The position numbers and the translations under genes are program-made. From contig NC_068989.1 of assembly GCF_001194135.2 (NCBI RefSeq), forward strand, positions 3,905,417-3,959,689: 54,273 nucleotides of DNA, written 5' to 3'. The DNA comes from Octopus bimaculoides. Lineage: Eukaryota. Shown piece by piece: positions 50,090-54,273 of this stretch (positions within the stretch are counted from its first letter, which is position 1; every line of letters begins with the position of its first letter). The notes beneath the pieces are model-generated. The model had not been told where the DNA came from. It worked only from the letters and a program-made list of their open reading frames with translations, and ran no database searches.

Positions 50090-50322
50090 TAGACCCAGAA
50101 GCAGAAGCAGCTGCTGTATTTAATTGATTTTTCATTCATCTAATTACAAACCTTGTAGACCGTATGTGCGTGTCAGTGTGTGTGTGTCTGTCTGTGTGTG
50201 TGTGTGTGCGCGCGCGCTCGTGTGTTTGCGCGTGTGCGATCGTATGCGCGCGCACACACACGCGAACGCATATGGTGGCGTGTGTGTTTGCGTATGTTTG
50301 CATTCTCATAAATACATACATA

Positions 50323-50456
50323 TACTCTTTTACTCTTTTACTTGTTTCAGTCTTTTGACTGTGGCCATGCTGGAGCACCGCCTTTAGTCGAGCAAATCGA
50401 CCCCAGGACTTATTCTTTGGAAGCCTAATACTTATTCTATCGGTCTCTTTTGCCGA
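50323..50456 (-). mobile_element. SINE family B 3' half (well preserved)
   Basis: Reverse complement TCGGCAAAAGAGACCGATAGAATAAGTATTAGGCTTCCAAAGAATAAGTCCTGGGGTCGATTTGCTCGACTAAAGGCGGTGCTCCAGCATGGCCACAGTCAAAAGACTGAAACAAGTAAAAGAGTAAAAGAGTA. Confidence 0.9.
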
Positions 50457-50587
50457 GTGTGGTAAGAAGTTTGCTGGGCAACCACATGGTTCCAGGCTCA
50501 GTGCCGCAAGGGACTTCTCATGTAGCATCGCGCTGACCAAAGCCGTGTGAGAGGATTTGGTAGACGGAAACTCAAAGAAACCTGTCG

Positions 50588-50640
<53 letters not shown>
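50457..50640 (+). mobile_element. SINE family B 5' half, fused back-to-back to the inverted 3' half
   Basis: GTGTGGTAAGAAGTTTGC...CAACCACATGGTTCCAGGCTCAGT...GACCAAAGCCGTGTGAGAGGATTTGGTAGACGGAAACTCAAAGAAACCTGTCGTATATA(TG)n. Confidence 0.85.
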
Positions 50641-50650
<10 letters not shown>

Positions 50651-51074
50651 GCGCGCGTATGTGCATGTGCGTGTGTATTTATGTGTGTGTGTGTGTGTGT
50701 TTGCATGTAAACACGCATATATGTATATTTAAATATGCATACATATACGTATAAATATGTATACGATCGGGTGCTGGAAACCTTCTGTCTTTGACTAAAA
50801 CCAAATACAAGCCGTTCAGTCCCTGGGGTGATTTTATTCCCTATATTCCCCTCTCAGATTCACGCACGCATTGCAGCAGCCCTTCAGTTTTCTAAGCCGC
50901 GTAAAAGAACTTGCAACGTTGAGCCTCCAATTAAGCCTTTCGCGACATCCTTAAAGCAAGGAACATTTCGGCACCCGCTCGTACGTACACCTGCATACAA
51001 ATTTAAATATATTTTTTTATTACCCTCAGAATGCTAAACATAGGGGTGGGGGCAAACAGTGACAGACAAAGGGA

Positions 51075-51233
51075 TCAAGTCGATTGGTTCCACCCCAGTA
51101 CCTAACTGGTACTTATTTAATCGACCCCGAAAGGAATTTGAACTCAGAATTTGAACTCAGAACGTAAAGACAGACGAAATAACGCTAAGCATTTTACCTG
51201 GCGTGCTAGCCACTCTGCCAGCTCACCGCCTTG
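51075..51233 (-). mobile_element. SINE family A copy with an internal deletion and a 13-bp duplication
   Basis: AAGTCGATT..CCCCAGT..AACTGGTACTTATTTAATCGACCCCGAAAG-GAATTTGAACTCA-GAATTTGAACTCA-GAACGTAAAGACAGACGAAATA...CTCTGCCAGCTCACCGCCTT. Confidence 0.85.
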
Positions 51234-51504
51234 CATACAAATTTATATACCATTGAAATTTTGTACAGGTAATATTCCATGCTACTCATTAGTAATTTTC
51301 AACTTGACTAATCATTTTCTTTATGTCGGAAAACCGAAAATTGAACCTTAAAATATGAAAGGTGTAAAATATCTATATTTATTGCTTTTATAAACATTCA
51401 ATCAGCTGTAATGAAGGAGCTGGTAGAGTCGGCAGAGCGCCTTAAAGTTTAATTTGCGTTAATTGTTCTGTGCTTAGTCAACTTAGCAGTGAATCGTATT
51501 TTTT

Positions 51505-51820
51505 AACTTGTACTCCGTCGCTTATGACGACTAAGATTCCAGTTGGTCTGCTCAGCGCAACAGCCTGCTCGAGTGCAAGTGCCGCGCACTCCACAGACAC
51601 GTGAAACCTTAACGTAATTCTCAGGGATATTCAGCGTGACACGGAGTGTGATATGGTCGGTCATTTGAAATACAGGTACTACTTATTTTCACCAGCTGAG
51701 TGGACTGGAGCAACGTGAAATAAAGTCTCTTGCTCAAGCACACAACGCGCAGCTGGGAATCGAACTCATGATCTTACCTTCGTGAGCTGAATGCACTAAC
51801 TGCTAAGCCACGCGCCTATA
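51505..51820 (-). mobile_element. SINE family C, near full length (tRNA head, MetaSINE-like central domain, 3' body)
   Basis: A-box-like TGGCTTAGCAG and B-box AGTTCGATTCC; the central TTGTGTGCTTGAGCAAGAGACTTTATTTCACGTTGCTCCAGTCCACTCAGCTG resembles the Meta domain (from recall). Confidence 0.8.
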
Positions 51821-52267
51821 GCAGTTGACAAAACAACATATGTATGTATGTATGTATGTATATGCATCTATATACATATATAAAAGCATAGAAATTTGTC
51901 GGATGAACAAGAGAATCGTACAATACTACCTAATACATGACGGAGACTACATTGTTTACCGAAATTAAGATTTTATCTTCATCTGGAGAGCTGACTTTCA
52001 CACCACTGAGATTTTGCAGACGATAACGGTTACAACTGTGTGTTCTTGATGTAGAATTATACTCTTTGTTGTGGTCACGTGGCCCTGCTTCAATCTGTTC
52101 ATTCGTTAGTATTCTGTTCATGATGGTTGGTTGCCAGTTCTTGTCGCTGGTTCTTTTGTATGATCTTTTATGCAGACTGAATGTTTTTAATGCTCTTATT
52201 CGTTCTAAGCGTATAAAACTTTATAAGATTGCTCTGGTGTTAATTGTTTTATGGTATTATGATATAT

Positions 52268-52470
52268 GTGGAAGCGCAATGGCTCAGTGGTTAGGGCAGC
52301 AGACTCGCGGTTGTAGGATCGAAGTTTCGATTCCCAGACCGGGTGTTGTGAGTATTTATTGAGCGAAAACACCTTACAGCTTCTCGAGGCGTCGGCAGGG
52401 GGTAGTGGCGAACCCTGCTGTACTCATTCAACACAACGTTCAATCTTTCTTCCCGTTTCTGTTGTACCCA
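52268..52470 (+). mobile_element. tRNA-derived SINE 5' part with near-intact Pol III boxes
   Basis: A box TGGCTCAGTGG (52280-52290) and B-box-like GTTTCGATTCC (52324-52334), followed by a non-tRNA body; no acceptor-stem 3' half. Confidence 0.8.
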
Positions 52471-53294
52471 TATTTTATTCGTTATTTTTCTGTTCTGCTT
52501 CCTTCTTTCTCGCTTTTTTTTTGTCAGAGAACAGCCATGTTTATTTTGAGCTTCAACGATTGCAGTGTAGTACACAGCAATGTATACAAACCCGTCTTAT
52601 AGCTTTACTGAAATGAGCATGATACTTATAGCAGCTCTTTATCAACTCGTACTTTTCTTTAGTCTGTTAAAAAGACTTCCTGTACATATTTGTGGTTTAA
52701 TGGGAAATGCTATCCTGGGATCTGAGGACCAGCTACTCGCCGCATACAGTCCAGTGAAGACTTGTGAAGAAATTTACGCCATATATAAAGGAATCAACCT
52801 GATGCAAATTATGCGTAGATGAAAAATCTCGCATTCTTTTTTATATCCTAGAGTTCAACCAGAAAACTTCTAGATTGCAGATATTTAACAAATGTATAGA
52901 CAGGAAACAATTTCTTTTGTCGAACTGCTAGACACTGTCCTAATCGGATTGTATAGCTGCCTCATACAATTCCGTTTCCTCTTTGTTTTATTATACAACA
53001 GAAGAAATAAGATCCCTCTAGACAAAGGATAAGGAGATCTCAGTTTTCATACATTTGTTTTATTTTCTCTCATTTCAAAATTTACCTCAGTCTTCTTTAA
53101 CTTTTTTCTTCTAGGTTCTTCTCATGTTCCTTAGTAGACCAGCATCCTGGTATTTAAATAGGCCTAACCGTAAGCACTGAGGCAGAACATACCTTTTAGA
53201 GACACATGTCATGTGATGTAAATGATATTAAATGATGTTTATCTCTTATTTGATAGAATAAAATTTTGGTTACCCTACCCATAAGGGGACAATA

Positions 53295-53342
<48 letters not shown>

Positions 53343-53777
53343 NNNNNNNNNNNNNNNNNNNNNNNNNNNNNNNNNNNNNNNNNNNNNNNNNNNNNNNNNN
53401 NNNNNNNNNNNNNNNNNNNNNNNNNNNNNNNNNNNNNNNNNNNNNNNNNNNNNNNNNNNNNNNNNNNNNNNNNNNNNNNNNNNNNNNNNNNNNNNNNNNN
53501 NNNNNNNNNNNNNNNNNNNNNNNNNNNNNNNNNNNNNNNNNNNNNNNNNNNNNNNNNNNNNNNNNNNNNNNNNNNNNNNNNNNNNNNNNNNNNNNNNNNN
53601 NNNNNNNNNNNNNNNNNNNNNNNNNNNNNNNNNNNNNNNNNNNNNNNNNNNNNNNNNNNNNNNNNNNNNNNNNNNNNNNNNNNNNNNNNNNNNNNNNNNN
53701 NNNNNNNNNNNNNNNNNNNNNNNNNNNNNNNNNNNNNNNNNNNNNNNNNNNNNNNNNNNNNNNNNNNNNNNNNNNNN

Positions 53778-53811
<34 letters not shown>

Positions 53812-54217
53812 CACGTAGATAGATAGATGGATATATTGATAGATTGATATACATATACACATATGCATGTGAATATAAATGTATATATATGCATATATAA
53901 GTATGCATACATATATATATATACACGTGTGTGTGGCTGTGTATCTGTGTGCATGTGTGTGCATACAATTATTTACAAAACTGCGTTTCTCATATCAATT
54001 GACGAATACTGACAACAACTTCACATTAATATGCAAACAATGATAAATAATTGATGGGTTATTGTTGTGTTAGATACTGAATCAGCAATGATTCGTATCC
54101 TGTGGGGGAAATATGAGATATCTCTCGATAACATCACTTGTAGGAATCGATAAATCAAATGTGACTTCTAAGTTTGATGATATCGCAATAAACTGCACAC
54201 AGGAACACAAGGATACT

Positions 54218-54258
<41 letters not shown>

Positions 54259-54273
54259 CTACCTATATGTATA

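Noticed and set aside
52268-52345. tRNA gene
   Set aside because: A and B boxes are present, but there is no complementary acceptor stem or poly-T terminator, and it continues into a SINE body. The same applies to the heads at 967, 8355, 23860, 33360 and 51820.

Overview
AT-rich eukaryotic non-coding DNA (intron or intergenic), with 20 N-gaps, most of them starting or ending in (TA)n. The combination of very dense di-, tri- and tetranucleotide microsatellites and several recurring tRNA-derived SINE families matches what I recall of Octopus genomes; this taxonomic call is recognition-based inference, not a database result. No complete protein-coding gene, rRNA, true tRNA or CRISPR array is supported. 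Nearly all ORFs in the supplied track are artefacts of microsatellites or N-runs. Supported mobile elements: about 30 SINE copies or fragments in four families (local labels A-D), two R4/Dong-type LINE 3' fragments, one CRE-type LINE endonuclease fragment, an internally deleted mariner plus a second mariner end, a possible Penelope-like terminus and a possible Helitron-type non-autonomous element. A few isolated exon-like segments are flagged at low confidence and cannot be assembled into a named gene. The most unusual structures are a SINE with twin-priming-like inversion geometry (50323-50640), a ~130-bp near-perfect hairpin (46678-46809), a Helitron-like element with diverged 142-bp internal repeats (35153-35700), a decayed hammerhead-like fold (21040-21095), and a SINE and a LINE sharing one (ATT/TAA)n tract tail to tail (16525-17200). 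I found no convincing evidence of a new multi-gene biological system.
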